Positions 22,472-35,292 of a stretch of 51,859 nt of DNA are shown piece after piece (the stretch's first letter is position 1; each line of letters begins with the position of its first letter). The notes under the pieces are model-generated. The model was not told the origin of the DNA. It worked only from the letters and a program-made list of their open reading frames with translations, and ran no database searches. The translations under genes were made by a program, and so were the position numbers. Source of the DNA: Paraspadella gotoi (taxonomy: Eukaryota > Animalia > Chaetognatha); assembly GCA_051294375.1 (NCBI GenBank), contig JBJCIZ010000368.1, forward strand, positions 1-51,859. The letters run 5' to 3'.

Positions 22472-25400
22472 CGACGGCCGAAGTTGCTTTGTATTTTGCC
22501 GCTCGTCGAAAACGCGCCGTTTCCTCGCGCTCTTTTTGCTTTTGCAACACCTGGAGCGCCTCGGACTCTAATTCGAGTTTATTTTCAGTTGTTGGGGGGG
22601 CGGGGGAGTGGGGGNNNNNNNNNNNNNNNNNNNNNNNNNNNNNNNNNNNNNNNNNNNNNNNNNNNNNNNNNNNNNNNNNNNNNNNNNNNNNNNNNNNNNN
22701 NNNNNNNNNNNNNNNNNNNNNNNNNNNNNNNNNNNNNNNNNNNNNNNNNNNNNNNNNNNNNNNNNNNNNNNNNNNNNNNNNNNNNNNNNNNNNNNNNNNN
22801 NNNNNNNNNNNNNNNNNNNNNNNNNNNNNNNNNNNNNNNNNNNNNNNNGCAAGTTTTTCTGGCGTTGAGACAAGCCCGCGAGCGGCGAAAGATAAGAAGG
22901 GCGTCGCGGCGTTTCCGTTGACGAGTCGGTCAGAGTAACGGTGGCGCTGCCGGCGGCGGTGGCGGCGNNNNNNNNNNNNNNNNNNNNNNNNNNNNNNNNN
23001 NNNNNNNNNNNNNNNNNNNNNNNNNNNNNNNNNNNNNNNNNNNNNNNNNNNNNNNNNNNNNNNNNNNNNNNNNNNNNNNNNNNNNNNNNNNNNNNNNNNN
23101 NNNNNNNNNNNNNNNNNNNNNNNNNNNNNNNNNNNNNNNNNNNNNNNNNNNNNNNNNNNNNNNNNNNNNNNNNNNNNNNNNNNNNNNNNNNNNNNNNNNN
23201 NNNNNNNNNNNNNNNNNNNNNNNNNNNNNNNNNNNNNNNNNNNNNNNNNNNNNNNNNNNNNNNNNNNNNNNNNNATGCAATTTCTTTTTCGGAGAGGGAA
23301 TGCGGTTTAAGGGGCTGGGGATAGGGAGGGAGAGGAGGAATAGTTGGGGGGAGATTGTGAGGGGCTTCGTAGTTACGGCCTTTAGTGGTGGTAGTAGTAG
23401 TACCGGAACGATCGAAACATCTCTTCCGCCAACACAAATGGAAATCGAAGAGTGATACAACATATTTCTGCGACCACGTATAATGATTTCCGGTTATATA
23501 ATAATATCTATTACACCTATAATATATATTAATCAAATACTCACATAGCAATTGCGATTAAATTGTACTGATTATATTCCACTATAAGAATATTAGTAAG
23601 AAGTGAAGAAGATGAGATCGAGAGAGAGAGATGACGTAGATAATAGAAAAACTAAAAAGATCGCGAGATAGATTTTTGTATTTTAACACCCGTATATATT
23701 AATTCATATATTTGGCGTAAAAGCGAAAATTCTGCGCAGAAAAATAACGAATTTAAAACATGAACATATACTCTTAACAGGTTAGTTATTTTGAGCTATT
23801 AGAGGACAACATTATAGTTGTATAATACTTTCTGTGCTTCAAAAGACCATACACTCTTGTGGAGGTTGTTTAACTATCCAAAGGAAAGGCCACTTCAGAG
23901 TCTAAGTTCATTCATACTTCTTATTCATCGGGTCGCGGTTCGTGGACACCATAACAAATGCTCCTCGTTCGTCAAAAAAAACACCACAATATCGGTCTGG
24001 GATTTGAAACCGATACGATCCTAGTTTATCAGTATCGCGTCTAAAGTGGCCTCTTGGGCCGCTCTCGGCTGTTCGGTGTATAACTCTGTTTTTCTTTATA
24101 TTCCTCGTCGTCTGTTTTGTCCAATGTATCGTCGCCGTCTCTCTCAACACGAGCAATAATTTCACGGGTTTTTTTGATGTTATTATATATATTCCACAAA
24201 AGTCGGTGGGGCTGGACGGTGGAGCTGCCGCGAGCGTGGCGGAGGGCGTTTTAAACCAGGGGAGCGAATCGGAAACCTCATGGTCGACTCGAAATTGATG
24301 GAAGAACATGTTAGGTTGTTGTTAGAGGTTTTCGTATTCACTTTGCCGCCGTGCCGTCCTGCCGCCGCCGGCCTTGCCCATTTTTTTTTTTTGTCCCAGA
24401 TAATCCTTTAAATGAGCACATGGGCGCCAAAGCCATAGACAGCCTGCCCATGCCCAAGAGGCACATAAAGAATTGAAGCGGAGGGCCTTTATTTGGTTCT
24501 GGATTACATTTTTAAAGAAATCTTTTTTGAGGCCTTTCACGGAAGCGCTGCAGGATGTGTATCAGAAAAAAAACTGTGGGGTATCGCGCTCACGCGGGCG
24601 AAGCTTTCTTTTTTTCAAAGAGGGGAGCACCGCTTCGAGATTAAAGTCTTCTTTCGCGGTAGAAGTCCGCTGGCGCGCCGATAAAGACTTGAAGCGGAAC
24701 GATCCTGGTTGTTTGTTCGTTTGTTGTTGTTGTTGATTGATTGATGAGGTCTCTGCGCTTTTTTCCCATTCGGCGACAAAAATTTCGGGGCGTTTGTATT
24801 CTCGCGTTCCATCCCTCCTTCCTCCTAACATCCATCACTCCTCTTCCATCTCTCATCCTCTCGCCAGAAGTATTTCGCGTTAAGGATCGTGCTGCGTCGT
24901 TTTCGTCGTTGTTGTCGTCGTCGTCCGCTTCTTCTCCTTCGTCTTGTTAATTGGTTATCGACGAGGAAAGCGTTTTGTCCGACGGTCCCAACGATACCGT
25001 TTACGAAGAAGAGTCGACTCGTCGAGAGGCAAGTGTAGCCGGTCGTTTTTTACCGGTCGATTGCCCGGCTGAAAGCGCTGAATGGTACGCCGCCCTAGCT
25101 TCGGCGATTCGAAGCTTCGACGGCCGAGAGTTGCTTTTATTTGTTGCCGCTCGTCGAAAACAGGCGCCGTTCTCGCGCTCTTTTTTTGATTTTGCAACAC
25201 CTGGAAGCGCCTCGGACCTCTAATTGAAGTTTATTTTCAGTTGTTGGGGGGGCGGGGAGAGTGGGGCGGCGGGGAACGGGGGACGATGCTGGCTTGGCCC
25301 CCCGCCGGTTTTGCCCTCCTGGGCAAAACGGCCCGGTTTTTGCCCCTCTTCTGGCAAAACCTCAGCGTGATCGTATGAGGCCTAAAGACGCAAGTTTTCT

Positions 25401-25935
25401 GGCGTTGAGACAAGCCCGCGAGCGGCGAAAAGATAAGACAGGCGTTCGCGGCGTTTTCCGTTGACAGATCGGTCAGAGGTAATACGGTGGCGCTGCTCGG
25501 CGGCGGTGGCGGCGGCGGCGGCGGCGGTGGCAAGCGGTCATCGACCGTCCTCTTTTCGACTCGCGACGTTGTTTCTCGTCTTTCTCGCCGTGCCTTGAAG
25601 CCATCACTTTGGCTCCAGGCCGATGAGAAAATCGGTTTAAGAGAAACTCTCGTCGTCCCTCTGTCGTTCGTCGTCCGTCGCGTCGCCACCTGGGTCGTCG
25701 TTGGGCGCGAATTCTTAGTGTGGAGAGTTCCGGTTTTAGGAGGAGGAAGAAGAAGGAGTTGATGTTAATTTCTTTTCGGAGAGGGAATTTGCGGTTTAAG
25801 GGGCTGGGGATAGGGAGGGAGAAGGAAGGAATAGTTGGGGGGAGATTTTGTGAGGGGCTTCGTAGTTACGGCTTAGTGGTGTAGTAGTAGTAGTAGTACC
25901 GGAACCGCATCTGATAACATTCTCTTCCCGCCCAC
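22472..25935 (+). repeat. Direct duplication: gapped 22472-23430 versus 25117-25935
   Basis: cgacggccga..gttgcttt, gcaagtttttctggcgttgagacaagcccgcgagcggcg and ggagagggaat..gtagtagtagtaccggaac occur in both copies in the same order. Confidence 0.9.
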
Positions 25936-25949
25936 GATCTGCAGATTCA

Positions 25950-27403
25950 TGATGCGCCCAGAAAGTCTCGCTTGGCATAGGTGAGTCATCTGCTGGTGGG
26001 AATGAGGGTCATGAGGGCGCGCATAGAGAAAGAGCCTCTCTTTCGTTAAGGTCTGGGTGAGCGGCCTAGAGTACAGACGGGGTCCTTCGGCTCTTGCTGG
26101 TCATGAAGCTGGGTGCAGATGTCAGACAGAGGACTTAGTCTGTCGTCTTCCGTGGACGATGTAGGTTGGCTTCTGTTATCGCATTGTAGCTGGTCAAGTT
26201 TTCCAGGCCAGCGTCCCTCTTGAAGATGTGTTTAAGTTCAGAAACCTTTGGATGAAATAAAGGAGATTTTTGGCTGTAACGTGAAATCTAGTGGCCATTT
26301 CGAATTCATCTTCGCCCGCCAGTCAGCAAATATCCCTTGTCGAGTGTCCCCCTTGCGGTTCTAGGTATAATGGAGGCTAGTTTTAAGGTAAGGCGGGACA
26401 CGTCTTTGTCGGCGAGAGGAGTCGTTTTTCCAGTATTCCAGGCAGTAACGAAAACGCTCTCTGCTGGTTGTGCCGGATAAGGATAAAAAACGTCCTCTTT
26501 TTAAATAGAGCTGTTTGGCGATAGACTTGATTTCGGGCCTGAGTTGGGCGGTCGACGGCAAATCGGTCATGCTTGTGAGATTCCCATGTTTCGGTTTAAG
26601 TTCGTTGTTGACTGTCCGAGAGCTTGTGTTAGTTTTTTTCAGCGAAGGCCCCGGCCCGCGAGTGAGCCCAGAATATTACTGTAAGAAGAAAACTTGCTAC
26701 CATGTCTTTATAATGTTAATCCGCGATGGTTTTTGTTTAAAAGGAGACCGTTGTCTACTTGCTTGGTATGACAATGAACGTTTTTTTTCGAATATATTAA
26801 GGCGCAGAAATTGACGGGACTTTAATAGTTCGACGGTTATTCCGTTCGCGCAGGAGAAATTTGCCATATTAGATCTGGCGTTAACCCAAGATTCCCTCAG
26901 ACGCGGTCCTCGCTGGCTTTTTTCTGCCGAGAAAAATTCCGAGGAGTAACTTGGATGAACCCTGGCGCCGGGTACGTACCAGTTTTTGGCTTTCGTTTTT
27001 TCGAGTCGTTGAGGTTGATCATCGCTATGGCTTGAAGACGAGGATCTTTTTTTTGGTTGTGCGCCATATGTGCTCGCTCCCCATTGCTCTCTGACGGTTC
27101 CGCGAGCGTCGTCGCGAAGTCTTAGGCCGAGCGCCGTTGCGCATTCCATCGGATGCGTGAGGGGTGCGAAAGTCCGGTGTTGATAGGCCGGCCGCCCGCC
27201 GCCGCTATATGTTCGGTAATGTGGCCTGGCTTCCAGACTTGGTTCAGCCGAGACCACTTCCGCGATCCCAAATCCTCAGACCGGGAGAATGCAGCCACAT
27301 TTGGCGGTGGCAAGTGAGGCAGGTGGGGCAAATTAGTGGCCGGTGAGCGGCGGAGCGGGTAGCGATAATGGTGGTGGTTGGAGGAAAGACGAGTTGTAGT
27401 CAT
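25950..27403 (-). CDS. Accessory gene with possible N-terminal F-box-like motif; spliced/frameshifted
   Basis: LPHLPPPNV...EDL...SRLNQVWK near the start. It continues through ORFs 26697-27257 and 26361-26570, with an acceptor-like ttcttacag at about 26679-26687. Confidence 0.35.
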
Positions 27404-28399
27404 GTATTAAGTCGATCGGCGGACACTCGATGATCATGAGATGTCGTAAAATGGCATTAGGCCATGTTGTTGTGNNNNNNNNNNNNNNNNNNNNNNNNNG
27501 TTGTTGTTGTTGTTGATGATGATGACAAAAAGAGTTAATTCGAGAATAAAAACTTATAAAAATTGTGATCTCGTTATAATCGTCGCGTGAAGAAAGAGAA
27601 AGATGAGAGATGAGCCGATGAGTGATGAGAAAGATGNNNNNNNNNNNNNNNNNNNNNNNNNNNNNNNNNNNNNNNNNNNNNNNNNNNNNNNNNNNNNNNN
27701 NNNNNNNNNNNNNNNNNNNNNNNNNNNNNNNNNNNNNNNNNNNNNNNNNNNNNNNNNNNNNNNNNNNNNNNNNNNNNNNNNNNNNNNNNNNNNNNNNNNN
27801 NNNNNNNNNNNNNNNNNNNNNNNNNNNNNNNNNNNNNNNNNNNNNNNNNNNNNNNNNNNNNNNNNNNNNNNNNNNNNNNNNNNNNNNNNNNNNNNNNNNN
27901 NNNNNNNNNNNNNNNNNNNNNNNNNNNNNNNNNNNNNNNNNNNNNNNNNNNNNNNNNNNNNNNNNNNNNNNNNNNNNNNNNNNNNNNNNNNNNNNNNNNN
28001 NNNNNNNNNNNNNNNNNNNNNNNNNNNNNNNNNNNNNNNNNNNNNNNNNNNNNNNNNNNNNNNNNNNNNNNNNNNNNNNNNNNNNNNNNNNNNNNNNTCG
28101 CGTCGCGTCAGCCAGACAATAGGGGATGCCCGATGAGGGGGGGCATCCATGTTAGGGGGAGAGGGGGTAGTGAGAGGCGGAGTGACGGATCTTCGATGCG
28201 GGNNNNNNNNNNNNNNNNNNNNNNNNNNNNNNNNNNNNNNNNNNNNNNNNNNNNNNNNNNNNNNNNNNNNNNNNNNNNNNNNNNNNNNNNNNNNNNNNNN
28301 NNNNNNNNNNNNNNNNNNNNNNNNNNNNNNNNNNNNNNNNNNNNNNNNNNNNNNNNNNNNNNNNNNNNNNNNNNNNNNNNNNNNNNNNNNNNNNNNNNN

Positions 28400-28906
28400 N
28401 NGGAGTTGAATAGAAAAATTAACCAGATATTCTCGCCCCATACGCGCGTTCATTCGTCGAGTTTTTCGACGAATCTTTCGATGAATTAAAGACGGGAAAG
28501 ATATGTACCCAACTTGCTCATCTTGGTCAGACCCGATCTTTGAGCCAAGGTTGTTGGTAAGGGAACGCTGAGATCCCTCCCAAGAGCTTGAGGATTCGCT
28601 AAAAGATCTACCCCCGCCACTGCTTTTTTTTTCTTTCTTCCTCCTTTGCCACTTTTTTTTACTTTTCCTCCGCCTCCCGCACCGCGGCCGACGAGATTCT
28701 TTCTGTTCAACGCCTTTCGCCCCTTTCCGCCCTTCCCTTTCTGAGTTCGAGGACGACCTCGAGGCCTCGCGACGAGAGGTTCCACCAATCTGATGGCCAG
28801 CAATTTTTTTCCGGCGTTGACGGCGGTGTTTCCTGTTCTTTGCCATGGCTCTGAGATACGGGTTTTTGAATTCGTAGTTTTGATCCGCGCACCCAAGCTT
28901 CTTCAT
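28400..28906 (-). CDS. Highly basic Arg/Lys/Ser-rich protein downstream of the protease (candidate core protein)
   Basis: About 170-codon open frame in accurate sequence (KNRKHRRQRRKK, RRRKSKKKWQRRKKEKK); it runs into a gap. Confidence 0.55.
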
Positions 28907-29174
28907 TCATAATAGTTTAAAAAGTAACTATAACGTCCCACCAACACAAACCACCACACAACACCCACACCAACACAACACAGAGAGAGATAGAGAGAGA
29001 GAGAGAGACGAGTAAGTTTCTCAAAAAAGATTTACATCAATAAAAGAAACCGTTATTTTTGCTAATCACGTTGGTCCGTCGTCGAATTTAAAAATGAAGA
29101 ATAAATAATTATGCCACAAAAAATCGTGTTCTAGTCATAAGGATCGAAGACAGTATCGAAATTAATTTAATATT

Positions 29175-29624
29175 TCATCCTGGCCGAAGAAATCTACTGC
29201 CCAAAACAATAAAACGCAAAACAAGGACCAGCTGTAATCCACAAAAAATTTGCCATCTCTGCTCTCTGTAACAGCTTATCGTTATCAAAAGGACGTTACG
29301 CACGCTGATGTCGATAAAATTGTNNNNNNNNNNNNNNNNNNNNNNNNNNNNNNNNNNNNNNNNNNNNNNNNNNNNNNNNNAAATGGCGTCCAGATGCTGC
29401 GGAGGATCGCCCAAAGGATCCATAATCTCTAATACTTCTGGCGCTTTTAACATAGAAAGAGCGATCCAATGTAATCCTTTTTGAGAACTCGGTTGTACAT
29501 TATAAATTAATAACGATTGAGGTTTAATGATCTCTGGAATCTGATCAAATGCCAAAGTCCCGATGTAATATTGTTTAATCAATTCATCCGAAAAAGCCAG
29601 CTGATCCAGCGATCTAGTATCCAT
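29175..29624 (-). CDS. PRO: Adenain-like cysteine protease (Maverick PRO)
   Basis: MDTRSLDQLAFSDELIKQYYIGTLAFDQIP, IYN..SSQKGLHWIAL (catalytic His), EIMDPLG (acidic residue), and FCG after the gap (catalytic Cys). Confidence 0.9.
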   Translation of the reverse strand: MDTRSLDQLAFSDELIKQYYIGTLAFDQIPEIIKPQSLLIYNVQPSSQKGLHWIALSMLKAPEVLEIMDPLGDPPQHLDAIXXXXXXXXXXXXXXXXXXXXNFIDISVRNVLLITISCYREQRWQIFCGLQLVLVLRFIVLGSRFLRPG

Positions 29625-29625
29625 G

Positions 29626-29760
29626 TTACTCGGCAGCGCAGCGGCAGCGTCGGTCAATCGAAATCGAAATCCGTGCCTCGTTTTCGAAAAAAAATACAGT
29701 TAATTTTTTAAAAACCAGTCTGCTCTCTAAAAGGTGCCAGCAATTTTCATGGGTTTTTTT
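29626..29760 (-). CDS. Probable C-terminus of the major capsid protein (remainder lost in gap or mis-fill)
   Basis: The frame reads CIFFENEARISISIDRRCRCAAE* (one indel upstream), and its TAA (29626-29628) sits 1 nt before the protease ATG. This is the usual capsid-protease arrangement in this Maverick layout. Confidence 0.4.
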   Translation of the reverse strand, partial: KKTHENCWHLLESRLVFKKLTVFFFENEARISISIDRRCRCAAE

Positions 29761-31789
29761 TTCGACGATTNNNNNNNNNNGTTTAGTATTGCTTTCATTT
29801 TTTAGAGTAACGATTTTTTGGTTTTTGTATGTTTCGGGTTTTAGTATGTGATAGGAATTGATTTCGTTTTTAGGATTAGTTTAACATTTTTTCTTTTGCC
29901 AACCTACTACGACATAAGGTAGATAAGGAATTTAATTAATTTTGCTTTACAGTGTATATTTCAAGATGATTAAATTCAAAAAGATTTATTTACAAGAAGA
30001 TTCGACGGCGAAGAATTTGGTACAATTTTGATGGTCTCAATTTACTATTTTTTCCCGTAGGAGTAGTTTAAGGTTTTTCGTGTCGTAGTACGGTTGTGCG
30101 TCTCTAACATATTTGGTAAGGAGACGTATGTGCGCAGATCTTCAAAGATTCGGTCTTTCGCATCGGAGGGCTTCATCAAGGATCGTTGAGGGATGACTGG
30201 GGAGTATGCCTGATGTGCCTGACGTATGTGTCGATCCTTTATGCGGCCACCTGCGGTGAGAAAAATTTGAATATTTTGAGATTTGTGTCATTCGTCTCAG
30301 GTTGTTCGTGATTATGAAAGGCACCTTTTCGCCTCGCCATGTTTGTCTGAAGGTTGAAGGGTTGCTATCGTTCTTAGCCGGTTCGATATCAACTTAGAGA
30401 TCCTATTTCGTTCCTGCGGGGGGCGGAAAGTTGCATTTCTGGTAAACGTGTATATCGTTTCGCCAATGATCGACAACCTTAGAATTTTGTAATTTACCTT
30501 TTCGGTTCCACTATGGAATTCGGATTGGTCCCGGCGGTGCCGTATTGTTCTCACAATTCGGGCTTCCACTAATATTCACGTTTCCTTTTTTAGTTAGCTA
30601 CTTATCGAAGGAATCGGGTGTAATATATGTCGAGTTCGAGGTCGGCCTCCGGAGACAGATCCACCGGCTTTCGCGCTTCGACCTAATTGAAAAAAGAAAA
30701 GTATATTTTTGCTTCTTATTTGGAGTAATCATGAATTAGACAGAATTTTATAGTTTATTTATGCCCGAAGTTAGTTTGGCAAAAGTCATTTATTGTGTTA
30801 GTCAGTTAGTAAGTTAGAAATTATTTAGCTNNNNNNNNNNNNNNNNNNNNNNNNNNNNNNNNNNNNNNNNNNNNNNNNNNNNNNNNNNNNNNNNNNNNNN
30901 NNNNNNNNNNNNNNNNNNNNNNNNNNNNNNNNNNNNNNNNNNNNNNNNNNNNNNNNNNNNNNNNNNNNNNNNNNNNNNNNNNNNNNNNNNNNNNNNNNNN
31001 NNNNNNNNNNNNNNNNNNNNNNNNNNNNNNNNNNNNNNNNNNNNNNNNTTTACGTTTTTTGGGATTACGGTTGAAAACGGGTGTACTATTACACGCCGTA
31101 CAGAGTTTATTTTTGTTCTTTCCTATTCGTAGTCAGAGACGTTCGTTTCGGCAATAAGAGAGAGCATGAGAGATAGACGAGCAGAGAGAAGAGTACGAGA
31201 GAGAGAAGACGACGAGAGCCGACTCGATGTAAGTCCTCTCGTGTATTATTTCGATTTCTGGAGATCCAATTGCTAATTTTAACTGAATTATAAAAGAATC
31301 TATTATTGAAAAGTGTAATGTCGATCGAAGCCACCTTGAAAAGGTTGGATCAAATTGGACAAATCACACCTGAAAATACTCAAGGAACGCAAGTATTTAG
31401 CGGAAGCTACGTGACGCGAACTGCTGTTCTGCGAATACTGAAATTCACAATTCCAAGAACGAACGATTTTGTAAGGAAATGTGGGAGTAGCTAAAGTCTC
31501 GTAGGAACTATTGACTTTTAAGGTTGATCGATCGAAAGCGAAAATTAAAATTAATATATTCAAAGGTTAATTCAAATCGTTAATAACGATAAATATTTTG
31601 ATATGATGAAACGAATTGGGAGGAATGAAAACAATGCATGTGTGTCATGGTTGCCGATCGAATCAACCGTACGAGATAATGGTTTGACAAATTAGAAATA
31701 GTGAATATTTAGTTATGTTGGATTCAATTAATAATTAATAGAAGCCTAACATAAGACGGTGGTTTTACATTGAATAACATTGAATGGGT

Positions 31790-32371
31790 TTACCTAAACT
31801 TTGGAGTGATCTTCGGATGTCCGCGATTTGGTTTTTTCGATTTGCGCTGAGGCGCAGTACCGGACGCCTTCTTATTCTTGTTCAATGATTGAGCAGAGTA
31901 CAGGGAACGCGACAACGATACTTGGAACTTGAGCGACCTAAAATCATAATTGTTTGGCACCCTTTTAACTGTCAAAATAACCTGTTTGCAGAATCTGTTC
32001 GCACTCTGTACATTTCGACTTAAATTGAAATTTTTGCATGTTTCGCACTGAATTAATTTGCAGCTTTCTCTACTGACACAACGATGACCATATTGTAGGC
32101 GCGACGATGCCGGATGAGCAGTGCCAGACAGACAGTTGACAATGCAACAAGAAAACGACCAAGTAAAGATGTAGCAATGGTCGGGCTGAGTGTAAAATGG
32201 CGCCGCAGACATGAACGATACGCACCGAAGTACGCGTCGAACTCGAAACAAAGTTCGGAGTTGTCGGCTGTCACCGACCGCGCCGTTTAAAAAGACGACG
32301 TTAGCCCGGTCGGAAGGACCGAGCATTGCGGCAACTCGATGGCCTAGCGAATTGAGGCTGGCCAGGCACAT
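31790..32371 (-). CDS. Cys-rich hypothetical accessory protein (probably frameshifted)
   Basis: 193-aa ORF with many Cys (CCIVNC, CKLIQCETCK) in a GC-richer island flanked by AT-rich DNA. No family recognised. Confidence 0.35.
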   Translation of the reverse strand: MCLASLNSLGHRVAAMLGPSDRANVVFLNGAVGDSRQLRTLFRVRRVLRCVSFMSAAPFYTQPDHCYIFTWSFSCCIVNCLSGTAHPASSRLQYGHRCVSRESCKLIQCETCKNFNLSRNVQSANRFCKQVILTVKRVPNNYDFRSLKFQVSLSRSLYSAQSLNKNKKASGTAPQRKSKKPNRGHPKITPKFR

Positions 32372-34539
32372 GCACTGCTGAGCGCAAGGGGATAGGGCTC
32401 AGCACGTCTGAGCTCCGCCTTTGAAAGGCCATGGAAAAAACAAAATGGCGATCACCGAAAATCATTCTTATTAATAAATTATCGTACTTTATGTGAATAA
32501 AGAATTATAGTTTTATCGAAGAACTCAATTTTAATTTTTGAATTAATAAATAATTTAAAATTTATCAAAATATTAAAGAAAGCGAAATTCTTAATTATAA
32601 TTTGCTGACTGACGCCGTTCCACTTACCATTGTTAGGATTGGGAGGGCAGGAAGAGCAGGATGAGTTTCTTTATATCGAAATTTGTGAAACGCGATGGAG
32701 ATCAAACGATTAAATTGATTTGATGTTTGAGGAAGAGATATCGAAAAATAGATCAGTGACATGAATGAATTGCCATAATTCGCGCGGGAATGTTTGTTTG
32801 ATTGTTGTTTACTATTGGTTCCGCAATTATATAATACATATAATTAATTTTACATTTTTAGTTCCGAAACTGGTTTGGCCGGCAGTTTCGAACTTATTTT
32901 CGAAACAATTTATTTTTGTTACGTTTTTTTCGATATGTAGATGCAGCGGTCAGATTTATTTTGTCTCTTAAATTTACTTTTTTTCCCCAATTTTAGCTTA
33001 TATGTGATACAATTGTAATACTGTTTATAACAATTAAGATATTTTGTAACTGACTGCCTTTACATGTGATCATTGTACCCACTGTTTAGCCTTACTGCAT
33101 TTATTTTGCCATTTAACAAAATTTGTTTTGGGGGGGAAGAATGTTAGTAAATCATTTTAATTAAGCCTCCAATTTGAGTAATTAAACTTTTCGTTCACAT
33201 TTTGTCTCTCTAATTTTCTTCAGTTCCAAAAGTTTAATATTTCAAGATTCCCAGGAACTCCAGCGCCTATTTTGTAAAACATTTTGTCTAAGTAGAATAA
33301 ACAAAGGAAGAGAGACGAGAGGGAGGCGAGATTTTAAGTGTATTCGCATTTTTAGCACTTTCACAGGGAGTAAGGACGCAATAATTTTAACAACTGTTTG
33401 ATTTACCTAATCAACTTTGGCAATCTACAATTATTTCAGGTAAACTTTCAAAAATAAGACTAGTCAATCATGTACACCTAGCCTCTCTATCTGTTCATCT
33501 ATTTGAGGGGCGCACAGACCACGTTACCGACATTAAGGTGATTTTGAGTATTACTAATAAGTGCCTAGGCGCATTTATTTGCATACTCAGCCATTTTAGA
33601 AATTCTTCCTTTCTCTTTCCATCCAGCTGCGACCCGATATTATTAGAATTGTTATATGTCTAGACATCTCGATTTGGTATCGTGACATAACCTCAAATAG
33701 CGGGGGTGGTACGGAAATAACTAATTTTAATATTGGCAGAAGGAATCCAGCTTCTCTACCTTTTCCGTGCCTCTTTTGCTCTTATTACTGACTACATCGA
33801 AAATGCTACATCTCTAGAGTCACACGAATGCTTAGGCTACTTTTTCTTTGTTTCTACTAAGTAGCAGATATTCCGAAGCAGTGTAGCAGCTGATTCTGAC
33901 TGGTCCGCGTGTATGTTCGATAGATTTCGATTAAGATTCTAATCGAATGTCAACTGCGCACGTGGCATCTTCAGATCTCAAGTTGTCACTGGGTTTTTAG
34001 TTCTTTTCAGAGCATAGAAACTCTTATCAAGATTCGTCGGAATCTATTTTTGTGTATCGCTGGTTTGGTGGACTTTCTATGAAGAAGCATCTCTTTTTGG
34101 TTATATTATGTGGCTTCAGAAACAAGTAAGAAAGACACTTTAAACATTTATAAATTGTGCTGAGTTTGTATAAAGTTATGTGTAATGTCTTTGCCCAGGA
34201 CTCTAATACGCTTTAGACTTAATCACCTGTCAACACTGCACTTACAGACATTTCGTCAGTCCTCGGCTTACGTGTCACGTCCTTATCGGCCTTAGCGACG
34301 TCGTTGCTACGGAGACTTTGCTCGTCAGTCATCCTCCAGGGCGTTTGACCGCGCGCCTTGTCTTCTCGCCGCCATTTTATACCGATTCATCTGGTTTTTC
34401 ATGCGCAGAATTGCCGCAGTCAGTTAGAATTCAACAGACGTCCACTTCTTCTCTCAACTTAAGTTCAACACAATAGTATTAGGAATCTAATAGGAATGTA
34501 AATTGAAGAAAGGGAANNNNNNNNNNNNNNNNNNNNNNN

Positions 34540-35292
34540 NNAACTCAAAACGTTCCGTTCGTTAGGCTTGCCTCTGAGTGGTACAATGCGTAAAATATTA
34601 GTCAGTGTATCTCCATAAATTACATCCTGAGAAGCGGAACAATAAACAGCGAACGCGTCAATCAACTGAATTTGACTTGGATGTTCAAAATGATCAGAGC
34701 CCTCGCAAGCCGTTTCGCGAATGACATGTTTATCTTTGAACGCTCTTTTAATATTTTTCCCATCGACCTCTTGCTCAAAAAAATTCGCTTTTTTAGGTGA
34801 GCCTAATAAAGTAAAAGCATCCGCTCTCTGATTAGTTGGAGAGATGAGCCCCAACAAAATACATAAATCACGATGTATCTTTATATAAAAATAATATTCT
34901 TTTTTGTAATTAAACCAAAAAAAATTACTTATCGGATCGAATGAAAAAATCTTAACCCCCTTTAGCCTTGGCATATATTTCCATAACAAATGATTTAAAG
35001 AGCTAACAAAATGCTCTGAAGTGTCATAATATCCAGATTCCAGCTCGACTTCAATCTTTTCTCCAAATAGCCCAGGGCTTTTTGTTTTGTCCTCAGCTAA
35101 AAAATCAAAAAGCTCAAATGTCGATGCTTTTACATTTCTAATTTGTTTGACAAATGAAATCTCCGATAGACCCACCCAATAATGTTCATCTAAATAAAGA
35201 GGATGTGGTAATCTGTTAACAAAAAAAGAACCATTATTATCCTTAAAAAGAGAAACACAACTATCAGACATCACCTCCACTGAGAATTCCAT
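34540..35292 (-). CDS. Maverick minor capsid (penton, PX-type) protein, 3' end in gap
   Basis: Characteristic N-terminus MEFSVEVMSDSCVSLFKDNNGSFFVNRLPHPLYLDEHYWVGLSEISF, LESGYY, and C-terminal VYCS..QDVIYGDTLTNILRIVP. It overlaps the integrase stop codon. Confidence 0.8.

Noticed and set aside
23385-25900. (AGT)n runs at about 20015, 23393 and 25883 as Maverick AGTAGT termini
   Set aside because: They look like simple microsatellites. No inverted ACTACT partner with a long TIR was seen, and two of them are duplicates of one site.
29960-31500. Noisy coding-like stretch considered as the major capsid gene
   Set aside because: No capsid-like motifs were recognised on either strand, so it was left uncalled.
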